Assembly (NCBI GenBank): GCA_950097015.1
Contig: CATNEN010000038.1
Coordinates: 31,744,001 to 31,808,000, forward strand
DNA length: 64,000 nt
Direction of reading: 5' to 3'
Source: Macrostomum hystrix
Lineage: Eukaryota; Animalia; Platyhelminthes
The notes beneath the pieces were generated by a model, which saw nothing but the letters and a program-made list of their open reading frames with translations, made no database searches and was not told where the DNA came from. A program made the translations under genes and the position numbers. Shown one piece after another: positions 49,360 to 62,059 of the stretch (position 1 is the first letter of the stretch; every line of letters starts with the position of its first letter).

Positions 49360-52300
49360 TCATAGCACACCTGAGTTTGAATCATGGCAAAAATAGAGCT
49401 TGAATCATGGCTAAACCAGCGTCTGAATCATGGCTAAACCAGAGTCTGAATCATTGCTAAACCAGAGTTTGAATCATGGCTAAACCAGAGTTTGAATCAT
49501 GGCTAAACCAGAGTTTGAATCATGGCTAAACCAGAGTTTGAATCATGGCTAAACCAGAGTTTGAATCATGGCTAAACCAGAGTCTGAATCATGGCTAAAC
49601 CAGAGTTTGAATCATGGCTAAACCAGAGTCTGAATCATGGCTTAACCAGAGTTTGAATCATGGCTAAACCAGAGTTTGAATCATGGCTAAACCAGAGTCT
49701 GAATCATGGCTAAACCAGCGTCTGAATCATGGCTAAACCAGAGTTTGAATCATGGCTAAACCAGAGTCTGAATCATGGCTTAACTAGAGTTTGAATCATG
49801 GCTAAACCAGAGTCTGAATCATGGCTAAACCAGCGTCTGAATCATGGCTAAAGCAGAGTTTGAATCATGGCTAAACCAGAGTCTGAATCATGGCTTAACC
49901 AGAGTTTGAATCATGGCTAAACCAGAGTTTGAATCATGGCTAAACCAGAGTTTGAATCATGGCTAAACCAGAGTTTGAATCATGGCTAAACCAGAGTTTG
50001 AATCATGGCTAAACCAGAGTTTGAATCATGGCTAAACCAGAGTTTGAATCATGGCTAAACCAGAGTTTGAATCATGGCTAAACCAGAGTCTGAATCATGG
50101 CTAAACCAGAGTTTGAATCATGGCTAAACCAGAGTCTGAATCATGGCTTAACCAGAGTTTGAATCATGGCTAAACCAGAGTTTGAATCATGGCTAAACCA
50201 GAGTCTGAATCATGGCTAAACCAGCGTCTGAATCATGGCTAAACCAGAGTCTGAATCATGGCTAAACCATAGTCTGAATCATTGCTAAAATAGAGTCTGA
50301 ATCATGGCTAAACCAGAGTCTGAATCATGGCTAAACCAGAGTCTGAATCATGGCTAAACCAGAGTCTGAATCATGGCTAAACCAGAGTCTGAATCATGGC
50401 TAAACTAGAGTCTGAATCATGGCTAAACCAGAGTTTGAACCATGGCTAAACCAGAGTTTGAATCATGGCTAAACCAGCGTCTGAATCATGGCTAAACCAG
50501 CGTCTGAATCATGGCTAAACCAGAGTTTGAATCATGGCTAAACCAGAGTTTGAATATTGGCAACACCAGAGTTTGAATCATGGCTAAACCAGCGTCTGAA
50601 TCATGGCTAAACCAGAGTTTGAATCATGGCTAAACCAGAGACTAAATCATGGCTAAACCATCATCATCAGCATGGCTAAACTAGAGTTTGAATCATGGCT
50701 AAACCATCATCATCAGCATGGCTAAACTAGAGTTTGAATCATGGCTAAACCAGAGTTTGAATAATGGCTACACCAGAGTTTGAATCATGGCTAAACCAGA
50801 TCTTGAATCATGGCTAAACTAGAGTTTGAATCATGGCTAAACCAGAGTCTGAATCATGGCTAAACCAGCGTCTGAATCATGGCTAAAGCAGAGTTTGAAT
50901 CATGGCTAAACCAGAGTCTGAATCATGGCTTAACCAGAGTTTGAATCATGGCTAAACCAGAGTTTGAATCATGGCTAAACCAGAGTTTGAATCATGGCTA
51001 AACCAGATCTTGAATCATGGCTAAACTAGAGTTTGAATCATGGCTAAACCACAGTCTGAATCATGGCTAAACCAGCGTCTGAATCATGGCTAAAGCAGAG
51101 TTTGAATCATGGCTAAACCAGAGTCTGAATCATGGCTTAACCAGAGTTTGAATCATGGCTAAACCAGAGTTTGAATCATGGCTAAACCAGAGTTTGAATC
51201 ATGGCTAAACCAGATCTCGAATCATGGCTAAACTAGAGTTTGAATCATGGCTAAACCAGAGTCTGAATCATGGCTAAACCAGCGTCTGAATCATGGCTAA
51301 AGCAGAGTTTGAATCATGGCTAAACCAGAGTCTGAATCATGGCTTAACCAGAGTTTGAATCATGGCTAAACCAGAGTTTGAATCATGGCTAAACCAGAGT
51401 TTGAATCATGGCTAAACCAGATCTTGAATCATGGCTAAACTAGAGTTTGAATCTTGGCTAAACCAGAGTCTGAATCATGGCTAAACCAGCGTCTGAATCA
51501 TGGCTAAAGCAGAGTTTGAATCATGGCTAAACCAGAGTCTGAATCATGGCTAAACCAGAGTCTGAATCATGGCTAAACCAGAGTTTGAATCATGGCTAAA
51601 CCAGAGTTTGAATCATGGCTTAACCAGAGTTTGTATCATGGCTAAACCAGAGTTTGAATCATGGCTAAACCAGAGTTTGAATCATGGCTAAACCAGAGTT
51701 TGAATCATGGCTAAACCAGAGTTTGAGTCATGGCTAAACCAGAGTCTGAATCATGGCTAAACCAGAGTCTGAATCATGGCTAAACTAGAGTCTGAATCAT
51801 GGCTAAACCAGAGTTTGAACCATGGCTAAACCAGAGTTTGAATCATGGCTAAACCAGCGTCTGAATCATGGCTAAACCAGCGTCTGAATCATGGCTAAAC
51901 CAGAGTTTGAATCATGGCTAAACCAGAGTTTGAATATTGGCAACACCAGAGTTTGAATCATGGCTAAACCAGCGTCTGAATCATGGCTAAACCAGAGTTT
52001 GAATCATGGCTAAACCAGAGACTAAATCATGGCTAAACCATCATCATCAGCATGGCTAAACTAGAGTTTGAATCATGGCTAAACCATCATCATCAGCATG
52101 GCTAAACTAGAGTTTGAATCATGGCTAAACCAGAGTTTGAATAATGGCTACACCAGAGTTTGAATCATGGCTAAACCAGAGTCTGAATCATGGCTAAACT
52201 AGAGTTTGAATCATGGCTAAACCAGAGTTTGAATAATGGCTACACCAGAGTTTGAATCATGGCTAAACCAGAGTTTGAATAATGGCTACACCAGAGTTTG

Positions 52301-52735
52301 AATCATGGCTAAACCAGAGTCTGAATCATGGCTAAACTAGAGTTTGAATCATGGCTAAACCAGAGTTTGAATAATGGCTACACCAGAGTTTGAATCATGG
52401 CTAAACCAGAGTCTGAATCATGGCTAAACCAGAGTTTGAATCTTGGCTAAACCAGAGTTTCAATCATGGCTAACCCAGCGTTTGAATCATGGCTAAACCA
52501 GAGTTTGAATCATGGCAAAAACCGAGTTTCAATCATGGCTAACCCAGCGTTTGAATCATGGCTAAACCAGAGTTTGAATCATAGCCAACCAGAGTTTGAA
52601 TCTTGGCTAAACCAGAGTTTGAATCATAGCCAACCAGAGTCTGAATCATGGCAAAACGAGAGTTTGAATCATAGCCCACCAGGGTTTAAAACATGGCGAA
52701 ACCTGAGTTTGAATCTTGGCTAACCCAGCGTTTGA
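49360..52735. repeat. 23-bp satellite array of copy 2 (about 147 units)
   Basis: Same monomer, richer in the GAGTTT variant; local 207-bp and 1380-bp periodicities. Confidence 0.97.
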
Positions 52736-52740
52736 AAAAT

Positions 52741-54000
52741 CAACGTCAACTGGGGAGTCATCATCAAAATGGGGATCATGGTGAACTGGGGGATCATGGT
52801 AAACTGGGGGATAATTGTCGACTGGGGGATCATTGTCAACTGGGGGATCATTGTCAACTGGGGGATCATTGTCAACTGGGGGATCATTGTCAACTGGGGG
52901 ATCATTGTCAAATGGGGGATCATTGTCAACTGGGGGATCTTTGTCAACTGGGGGTTCATTGTCAACTGGGGGTTCATTGTCAACTGGGGGATCATTGTCA
53001 ACTGGGGGATCATTGTGAACTGAGAGATCATTGTCAACTGGGGGGTAATGGTCAACTGGGGGATAATTGTCAACTGGGGAATCATCATCAACTGGGGATC
53101 ATCATCAACTGGGGGATCATTGAGAACTGGGGGATCTTTGTCAACTGGGGGATCATTGTGAACTGGGGGATCTTTGTCAACTGGGGGATCATTGTATACT
53201 GTGGGATCATTGTCAACTGGGGGATCATTGTCAACTGGGGGATCATTGTCAACTGGGGGATCGTTGTCAACTGGGGGATCATTGTCAACTGGGGGAACAT
53301 TGTCAACTGGAGGAACATTGTTAACTAGGGATCATCATCAATGGGGAGACTTCATCAACTGGGGGACCATTGTGAACTGGGGGATCTTTGTTAACTGGGG
53401 GATCATTGTCAACTGGGGGATCATTCTCAACTGGGGGATCATTGTCAACTGGGGGATCATTTTCAACTGGGGGATCATCATCAACTGGAGGATCATTGTC
53501 AACTGGGGGATCATTGTCAACTGGGGGATCATTGTCAACTGGGGGATCATTGTCAACTGGGTGATCATCATCAACTGGGGGATCATTGTCAACTGGGGGA
53601 ACATTGTCAAATGGAGGAACATTGTTAACTGGGGATCATCATCAATGGGGAGACTTCATCAACTGGGGGATCATTGTGAACTGGGGGATCTTTGTTAACT
53701 GGGGGATCATTGTCAACTGGGGGATCATTGTCAACTGGGGGATCATTTTCAACTGGGGGATCATCATCAACTGGGGGATCATCATCAACTGGGTGATCAT
53801 TGTGAACTGGGGGATCTTTGTCAACTGGGGGATTATTGTCAACTGTGGGATCATTGTCAACTGGGGGATCATTGTCAAATGGGGGATCATTGTCAACTGG
53901 GGGATCGTTGTCAACTGGGGGTTCATTGTCAACTGGGGGTTCATTGTCAACTGGGGGATCATTGTCAACTGGGGGATCATTGTCAACTGGGGGTTCATTG
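52741..54000. repeat. 18-bp satellite array of copy 2 (about 70 units)
   Basis: Same monomer and largely the same variant order as 46777-48648. Confidence 0.97.
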
Positions 54001-54849
54001 TAGCTTTAAAAAGCTGTAAATTCAGCTGCTAAAAAGTATATACTAGACGAATTAAAAGTATTTCTGCTCTCCGAAGGGGGGCAAAACTTGCTAGTTTGAA
54101 TTCTAATTTGATTTACAACGGCTAATGACGTAACAGGCCTTTTAGATCTATCTCTAGTTTATCTCAACTGCAGATAACAGAGTTATGCAGTTATAAACTT
54201 ATTTAAGAAATGAACTAATTATAGTTTCAATGTAAACAAATAAAGTGGTTTAACTATAATTATATATATTTCTTTTTTTAAATCAATTGCCTCATCTCTC
54301 CCGAGCCTAATCCCTTCCATGCTTCAACTCCCGTGTCTCATTTCACCCTCCAGCCCTCACATCTCACTAACTCTTCCTAAAAAAATAGTTTGTTGCGTAT
54401 TTGCAATTTCTCAAAGCACTCGTATAATCATTATTTTACAAAAAAAACTATTTATTATGCTGATTTTTTGTTTGACTTCTGTATGCCCCTTAATCAATCA
54501 ATCAAATTGGATAATAGGATCGCAATAAGATGGCTAGGCCAAGCCAATGTGCAATTGGCCGCGTTTTTCCGAGACAAATAATTAAAACTGCCTTATCAGG
54601 CCAATTAAAGAGGGATGAGGTTGTTGATTTTTTCCAACCAATTAGAGACGAGCCGAAGGGTAGAAAGCCTATAGAGGGGTAGTGTCACCACTCGGCTCGG
54701 TTAGACTGAGCTCGCAAGCATGCACTCTAAATGTACATTAATGTACACTCACTGCGCCACAGCCAGGCAGTCGACACTGAGAGCAACCTCTCCCCAAACG
54801 GTTCACACCTCGACACGCCTACACGAAGCCGTCTAGTCTAGATTTAGGC

Positions 54850-54858
54850 ATATATAAA
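54850..54858 (+). promoter_or_regulatory. Candidate TATA box for the secreted repeat protein gene
   Basis: ATATATAAA about 100 bp upstream of ATG 54953; a second CATATAAG near 54886; CCAAT motifs upstream. Confidence 0.45.
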
Positions 54859-54952
54859 CCAATCGGACATACCAGAGCCTTGAGCCATATAAGTGCAGAG
54901 CGCTTACACTCTTAACTCTTAACAACTCTGTAGATTTTTTTCTGTTTAAACT

Positions 54953-56869
54953 ATGCGATTTTTGGGCTCAACCGTAGTCGCGATAATGGTGTTCGCAGCC
55001 GTGGCCCCTTCCGCAATGGGCCTCTCTTGGCTACAAGGCGGATCCGATCCAAGAGCGCCACCAAAACCGCCGCCGCCGCCACCGCCACCGCCTACGCCAC
55101 CGTCACTGCCCACGCAGGAGGAAGGCAGAGAGCAGCGTTTCAGGATTGAGAACGGTGAGAAGCAGCAGCGTGGCTTCTTCGATTTTGGATCGAATGCTGA
55201 CGCTTTGAATAGTCGAGAAAACTTCGCGCGACGAGAAGAATCTCGCAGTCAGAGTGGCGGCTTTAGTAGTAGCAGCAGCAGGAGCAGCAGCAGCAGCAGC
55301 AGCAGCAGCGGCAGCAGCAGCAGCGGCGGCGGCAGCAGCAGGCTTAGCAAAATGAACTCTGAGAGCAGCTTTTACGAGAATGGAAACAACGACAACAACA
55401 AAAGGAACAACAATAATGACAACAGGTTTGAAAACGAAAGTAGCAACAGAAAGGAAGAAAGAGGTTACAAAGACAACACCAACATCAATCACATGAATAG
55501 CAAAGCCGACAGCAACAACAATGGAAGAATCGAAAGCGACTTCAGAGACTCTAAACGTCATGGCGACACCGAGATTAACAGCAGGAGGTCTGGTGGTGAG
55601 GGCAACAGCAACGACGACAGTCGCAACACAGACGGCAACAGTGAGAAAAGAAAGTTTGACAATGGCTACAAAGAAGAAAACAACAGGAACTTCTTAAACA
55701 GAAATAAAAACAAGAACAACAATGACAACAAATACGAAAACAACAATAACGAACATCGCAAGTACAGTGACAAAGACAATAACAACAATGACAACAAAAA
55801 TGATAACAACAATAACGAACATCGCAAGTACAGTGACAAAGACAATAACAACAATGACAATAAAAATGATAACAACAATAACGAACACCGCAAGTACAGG
55901 GACAAAGACAATAACAACAATGAAAACAAAAATGATAACAACAATAACGAACACCGCAAGTACAGGGACAAAGACAATAACAACAATGACAATAAAAATG
56001 ATAACAACAATAACGAACACCGCAAGTACAGGGACAAAGACAATATCAAAAGCAGTGACGATGATAAAAGCAAAGAGCAATATAATAAAAATAGTAACGA
56101 GCTGAGCAGCAGAAAGGCCAGTCGTATCGAAAATGCCAACAGCGAGACGAACAACAATGGGAGCGACAACGACAAAAATGTCGACAACAAACTCAACGGC
56201 AGTCATGAGGCCGCTAAGGGACGCCTCATCAAAGGGCGAGCCAAGGACGGACGACGGTACGGAGGAAAAAGGTAAGGATCTTAGTGATGTTACTTTATAA
56301 ATATCATAGACTCTGGTCTCCCTTCACTCAAGTAGGTCATAGACTCTGGTCTCCCTTCACTCAAGTAGGTCATAGACTCTGGTCTCCCTTCACTCAAGTA
56401 GGTCATAGACTCTGGTCTCCCTTCACTGCAGTAGGTCATAGACTCTGGTCTCCCTTCACTCAAGTAGGTCATAGACTCTGGTCTCCCTTCACTGCAGTAG
56501 GTCATAGACTCTGGTCTCCCTTCACTCCAGTAGGTCATAGACTCTGGTATCCCTTCACTCAATTAGGTCATAGACTCTAGTCTCCCTTCACTCCATCAGG
56601 TCATAGACTCTGGTCTCCCTTCAACCTACAATAGTCAATGATAAAAGACCAGAACTAAGCCAAACGCGGACCAAATGCGCATTTCCAGGCATAGGTCAAA
56701 TAGCAAATTGCTGTCTCCGGGAGCCGGCAACGATTGGCTAGACGACCTCCTGCTAGACGACAGCGATTACGCGGACCTTTTGCTGGACAAATTACTTAAC
56801 GACAATTCGGAAGATGACTACTGGTCTGGCTACTACTGGCAGAACGGTTGGAACTCCAAGAAGCACTAG
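54953..56869 (+). CDS. Uncharacterised secreted low-complexity protein (poly-Pro, poly-Ser, Asn/Asp/Lys-rich 22-aa repeats, acidic/aromatic tail), about 500 aa; join(54953..56271,56689..56869)
   Basis: Signal peptide MRFLGSTVVAIMVFAAVAPSAMG; 1.3-kb open frame that is mostly non-tandem; strong donor AG|GTAAGG and acceptor TTTCCAG, both phase 2. Confidence 0.8.
56304..56623. repeat. 33-bp minisatellite (CATAGACTCTGGTCTCCCTTCACTCAAGTAGGT)n, intronic
   Basis: About 9.5 tandem copies. Confidence 0.93.
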
Positions 56870-57239
56870 GATTTCGTGAAAAAATTCCTTGAAAGCTTCC
56901 GTGAAAGCTTAAAAAACTTTGAACTCTTAATGATTTTACAGTCCAAACGAATCAAAAACTGTTCAGTTTGATTACGTTCTAGATTTAAAATTACAATATA
57001 TTAAATTGTTGCGTTTTGTTGTTCGTTAAAATTTGATAATACAATCAACTGCATATGAAGACCAAACTAAAATTTACACACTTCTATTTTTATTCGAGGC
57101 ACAAAAGAATGTTGAACGAAATACATGCAGAACAAACGTGTTGCAGATGCTGAGAGTTTTTCATTGAGTTCTAAAATTACTGGAATCACTAATCGAAATA
57201 AATAGTGACACTATTCGACTCACAAAGGATCTTAGAACT

Positions 57240-57450
57240 TAATAATAATAATAATAATAATAGTTGCAGGAGGGCTGCAGGCAATGGCGCATCATTTGGT
57301 GACACTAAACCCGCAGCCAGCAAGCAGGCAATTGTGCCCTGCCCACTGACTCCTGCGCACACAGGCATACAGATTACCGTTCGCAGGCATAGCTCACGTA
57401 CACTTCTGCTTAGTCAGCGATTGACCGGAGCACCTTTCAAGGGCCGATGA
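57240..57450 (-). mobile_element. SINE family A, copy 3 (diverged, 5'-truncated, reverse)
   Basis: (AAT)n followed by TTGCAGGAGGGCTG...GGTGACACTA...TGACTCCTG, the reverse complement of the family 3' half. Confidence 0.8.
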
Positions 57451-57983
57451 CGCAACATTTTTTCGGCACCGGCTTCGTGAATTGTTGTAGCAACTGTTTT
57501 ACGCAGGCACTGGTTTGATATACTTGCTGATATCCTCGGGTGCCACAATTGTTTACACACGTCAAATCTTATGAGTGTGTCATCCGACAACAGACTGCAT
57601 GAACCATTTATATCCATGTCCGTTAGAATTTGCTGTTTGAAGTCACGTTAGTGCAGTTTGCAGGGTTTTGCATTAAATTTCCTCTAGTCTTAGCTGACTT
57701 AAAGTGTGGAACAAACACGTCATTGAACACTTTTTTAATTGTCTATGACCTTAAGCGTCTCTTGTGGACAACAAAATATTCTCTCACATATTATATTATA
57801 TACCGATGAGCGATAGGCCATAGACAGTGATTTAACTCACCAGGCAAAGCTGCAGAGAAGAAACGAGCCAGCTCTGCTGAGCTAGCATTCGTTTATTAGA
57901 AATATAAAATTAGGGTCATCATTGTCTGATAGTTTACGTTGTGTTCAGGGATCAAGCGTAGCTGGCTAACTCTAGGTCCAGTG

Positions 57984-60210
57984 ATGCTCACGAATACGAC
58001 TCACTCAAGCAGGCTGAGTTTCAGTAGCACGGGCGGCACCGATGGAACCGCAGAAGTTGGCACCACCAGTGGCGGCGGCTGCGGCGTTGCTGGATGCAGC
58101 GGCGGTCTCGGCGGAGACGCCGACAGCAGCGACGACGGAACGAACTGCGGAGCGGCGGTGACGTCAGTGGCTAATGAGGAGGAGAGCAACATGCCGGAGG
58201 AAGTATTTAAATGGATGACGCACAGTGTAAACCAGGACTTCATTCGGCTGGGTTATCCCAGCATTCTGACTGAAACTGCCGACAGGGAGTTCGTCAGTCT
58301 TAGCCCGCTGATTCAAAACTGCTCCGCGGTGCTGACGCTGCTGAAGGCTCGTCGAAGCTCGACTGTTGCTGACCACAAAGACGTGATCACGGACAACCGC
58401 AACGCCAGCGCCGCAACGACGACCAACGCTTCGTCGTCTCTAACAAGTCGTCGGAAGCATCGTCGCTGGGGTCTGTTCTCGGGAAAGCAGAATCGTCGCA
58501 ATGGCGCCAGGCAGCAGCAGCCGCAGCCGCAGCAGAAACAGCAGGTGGCAGATCCAGTCGTAGCCGGCCTCCACGAGAGCATGGCCAGGAAGATGCGTCG
58601 TGACACCGAGCGCATCATTCGTCGCACCGGCTGTCTGGACGCTCGCGCCCTGCAGGCCGCTGGTCTGCTGGAGCCCGCACCCTATCCAGAGGGTAGCGCG
58701 GAGCGCAGCGACTTTGCCTTCGTCCGCTCCACCTGGCGCAGCTTCAGGAAGCTGGCCCAAGCGCGCATTGTGGAGTGCGCTCAGACGGTCAAGGAGGCCG
58801 AGGAGCTGAGGCGGCAGGTGAGAAATTTGAGCACAATAGGTTGATTCACCATGCGTTTTTATCATGCTGCTGGGCGGGTATCACACAATAGAAAGGTGTG
58901 GCAACTGCATAAAACCTCAGCGCATTCTCCACAAATCAGTCCGTTCTAGGCACAGGTTTTAAAACTATTACGGAAACTGTTACAAAATAAATTTTCCGTT
59001 GAAAACCCGCTGACAGTTAACGGAGGCCAAAACCGAGGTTGAACGACTTCAAAGTGTCATCGATTCGCAGCAGAAACGAGAAAGAAATCTAGAGCAGCAG
59101 CAGCAGCAGCAGCCGTCATCACCGGAGCCCGGAGGCCGGCTACAGCGCGTTGGCGGCTTCCTGCGGCGGGCTGTATCTCGAGAACGTCTCACATTCGGCC
59201 GAACCTCGCTCCGCCAGGACGCGCCGGTATCGGAGGTGCGCAGCCGGGCGAGCTCCCAGCCTCCGCCAGCCAGGGCAGCGGCTGCCGAAGAAAGCAACTC
59301 GGAGCTGCACCGTTTGCGCGCAGAGTATGACCGACGAGAGCGCCTGCTCCTAGCCGAACGCGAGAAACTGCGCCAGGCCAACAGCAAGCTGACGTTCCGA
59401 ATCCAGTACCTCAGCGGATTGGCCTCGGTGGCTGCCAAGCAGCAGCAGCAGCACCACCACCACCAAGCCGGCGCAGGTGCCGACCAGAACGTCCGCAGCG
59501 AGCGTCGGCTGCGTCGGGCGGAGCGCCGGGTCTTGCAGCTTCGTCGCGAGGCGTCAGAGCTGCGCAAGTCGCTTAGCACAAAGACTGAGGCTTTGGTTTG
59601 CATCGCGGCGGCTGCGACACATCTGCAGAGACACACCGACAGCAGCCAAGCTGAAGCTGACGGTTTGGAGACAGCCAATGACACTTGCCAGTCGGCTCTA
59701 CCTCCACTGGAAGACGAGCCGCCTCGATTGGCCAAGTTTGTTGAGTCCACCTGCCAGAAGGCTGCGACTCGATTGCAGCGACTGCAGCGACAATGTGCTG
59801 ATGCCGAGGCTCGGGCAGCCGCTCTGGCCGAATGCCTGCGACCTACTGCCGCCGCCGCCGCCGTGGCCACCAACGCCGCCAGTTCGGAGCCGGTCACAGA
59901 TGTCAACGACGTCGAACAGACTAAACTAGACCTGCGCGATCGCATCATTAACCAGCTGACCGCCAAGGAAAGGGAACGGCAGGCCGGGATGCAACGGCTG
60001 AAGGATTTAAGCAGGGTGGCCGGTGATAGCGGCGATGTCTCGCACCGATCGGTGTTCTCTGAGACGATGAATGAGCAGCAGCAGAAGCAAAAGCAGCAGC
60101 AGCAGCAGCATCCAAATTTGCGGCTACAACAGCAGCAACAGCCGGTTCAACGAATGCGCCGCGCTTCGCATGATCCCAGATCCCAAAGAAACAGCTTCAT
60201 TGGACTGTGA
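57984..60210 (+). CDS. Uncharacterised coiled-coil protein (about 675 aa, poly-Q/poly-A tracts), possibly SSX2IP/ADIP-like; join(57984..58817,59017..60210)
   Basis: Two long GC-rich open frames joined by a phase-0 intron CAG|GTGAGA...TGACAG; E/R/L/Q-rich heptads. The start codon is uncertain because upstream acceptors exist at 57948 and 57975. Confidence 0.78.
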
Positions 60211-60754
60211 TGAAAGTACAGTGCTTACCTCCAACTGTGGCAACATGCCGATGTAGCCTCAATTACGACGCCCTCTCTTTCTTAGCCGGCTTATTTATGC
60301 TTTGAAATTTATTTTTTACTTTATAAACTGTCAGCATGTTGTCTTAGAAAAGTCTTAGAAGGCTTGCCGCTTTGTTGTTAATTCAGTGTATCTCTAGTAG
60401 GCGCGAAGGGCTGTTCATTGATAGTTATCGTTATTTCCTTTTTTAATTTTTATTTTCCTATTCGTTTAAATGTGGCATTAAATGCTGGTCATGAAGATAC
60501 ACTAGCGCTAAAAATAGTGCATTTTATTAATGCGCCGAAATAAACACTTTTTTAAAGCCTTCGACCCAGAAGCACGACCAAGCAATAAAGACGGTAGTAA
60601 ATTTCGTGCTATACTATTCCAGTTTGTAGTACTCGTAGTTCTCTAGCTGCGGTTCGATCTAAGATTTCATGACGCTCTTATTAAACGAATATTTTATTGC
60701 TTCTACTTCTGCGGTTCTCGATAAACTTTCAGTTACGATCCATACTACTATTTT

Positions 60755-61607
60755 AGTGGGGATTCCTGCTGCGATACCTGTGGCGATTCCTGCTGCGATA
60801 CTTGTAGCGATTCCTGCTACGATTATTGTGGCGATTCTTGCTACGATTCTTGTAGCGATTCCTGCTGCGATTATTGTGGCGATTCCTGCTGCGATTATTG
60901 TGGCGATTCCTGCTGCGATTATTGTGGCGATTCCTGCTGCGATTATTGTGGCGATTCCTGCTGCGATTATTGTGGCGATTCCTGCTGCGATGCGATTATT
61001 GTGGATATTCCTGCTACGATTCTTGTGGCGATTCCTGCTGCGATACTTGTAGCGATTCCTGCTACGATTCTTGTGGCGATTCTTGCTACGATTCTTGTAG
61101 CGATTCCTGCTGCGATTATTGTGGCGATTCCTGCTGCGATGCGATTATTGTGGAGATTCCTGCTACGATTCTTGTGGAGATTCCTGCTGCGATACTTGTG
61201 GCGATTCTTGCTACGATTCTTGTAGCGATTCCTGCTACGATTCTTGTAGCGATTCCTGCTGCGATTATTGTGGCGATTCCTGCTGCGATGCGATTATTGT
61301 GGAGATTCCTGCTACGATTCTTGTGGAGATTCCTGCTGCGATACTTGTGGCGATTCTTGCTACGATTATTGTGGCGATTCTTGCTACGATTCTTGTGGAG
61401 ATTCTTGCTACGATTCTTGTAGCGATTCCCGCTACGATTCTTGTGGAGATTCCTGCTGCGATACTTGTGGCGATTCCTGCTGCGATACTTGTGGAGATTC
61501 CTGCTGCGATACTTGTGGAGATTCCTGCTACGATTCTTGTTGAGATTCCTGCTACGATTCTTGTTGAGATTCCTGCTACGATTCTCGTTGCGATTCCTGA
61601 TTCTTGT
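60755..61607. repeat. 24-bp (2x12) minisatellite (GCGATTCCTGCT GCGATTATTGTG)n
   Basis: About 35 copies; a 5-nt GCGAT slippage recurs at a 149-bp spacing (near 60990, 61139, 61288). Confidence 0.93.
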
Positions 61608-62059
61608 AAGGAAATGTGCTGATTAGAGTAAAGAGAATATTTAATGAAATTGAAAACCACATTAAGTATTTCTTTTCTTAGAAAGTAGCTCAAGCAGACA
61701 ACGCTTCTGCCAGAACTAATGCAGTGCAGTGCAAATTATATGATATATATTTCAAATAAGCATTAATAGCGGCAGCAATGCAAAGGATCTTGGATAATTC
61801 ACAGGATGATGCACATTAATCAACGTATAAGCAGCTTAACAAATCAACTCTAGTATTTCTTTTATAGTGCAGTAAAAGAAAACAAACTTTTGTTTGTAGG
61901 GTTTCACTTAACAGGTAAAAAACAAAATGCTAACTAATGCTCTCAAATTTTGCCTACTCACGAAATGTCTCTTTTAACCAATGCTAAATAAACATATGCT
62001 CACTACTCACTGTTAGTTTAGCATTGACCGTGACTCACTATGCCTTCTGTTACTTAAAT

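Larger units (their letters stand above)
48742..54094 (+). mobile_element. Non-autonomous Helitron-like element, copy 2 (5.35 kb), head-to-tail with copy 1
   Basis: Begins TCCACTATACTA immediately after the CTAG of copy 1; same ~600-bp 5' region, same two arrays, same 3' end GCTCTCC-GAA-GGGGGGC AAAACTTG CTAG|T. Confidence 0.85.

Noticed and set aside
26650-52735. CRISPR-like array of 23-bp repeats
   Set aside because: The monomers are contiguous with no unique spacers, there are no cas genes, and the context is eukaryotic.
46732-54032. ORFs with WGIIVN / LGDHCQ / STGGSL / PQLTMI repeats
   Set aside because: The 18-bp unit is a multiple of 3 and open in many frames on both strands; frames shift at indels. 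These are satellite artefacts.
55103-59966. Antisense and alternative-frame ORFs (Leu/Val-rich 55666-56206, 59049-59966 and others)
   Set aside because: Shadows of the low-complexity or GC-rich plus-strand genes.
60669-61693. Cys-rich (CGDSCYDS) metallothionein-like and hydrophobic ORFs
   Set aside because: Alternative frames of a 24-bp minisatellite, broken by recurrent 5-nt slippages.
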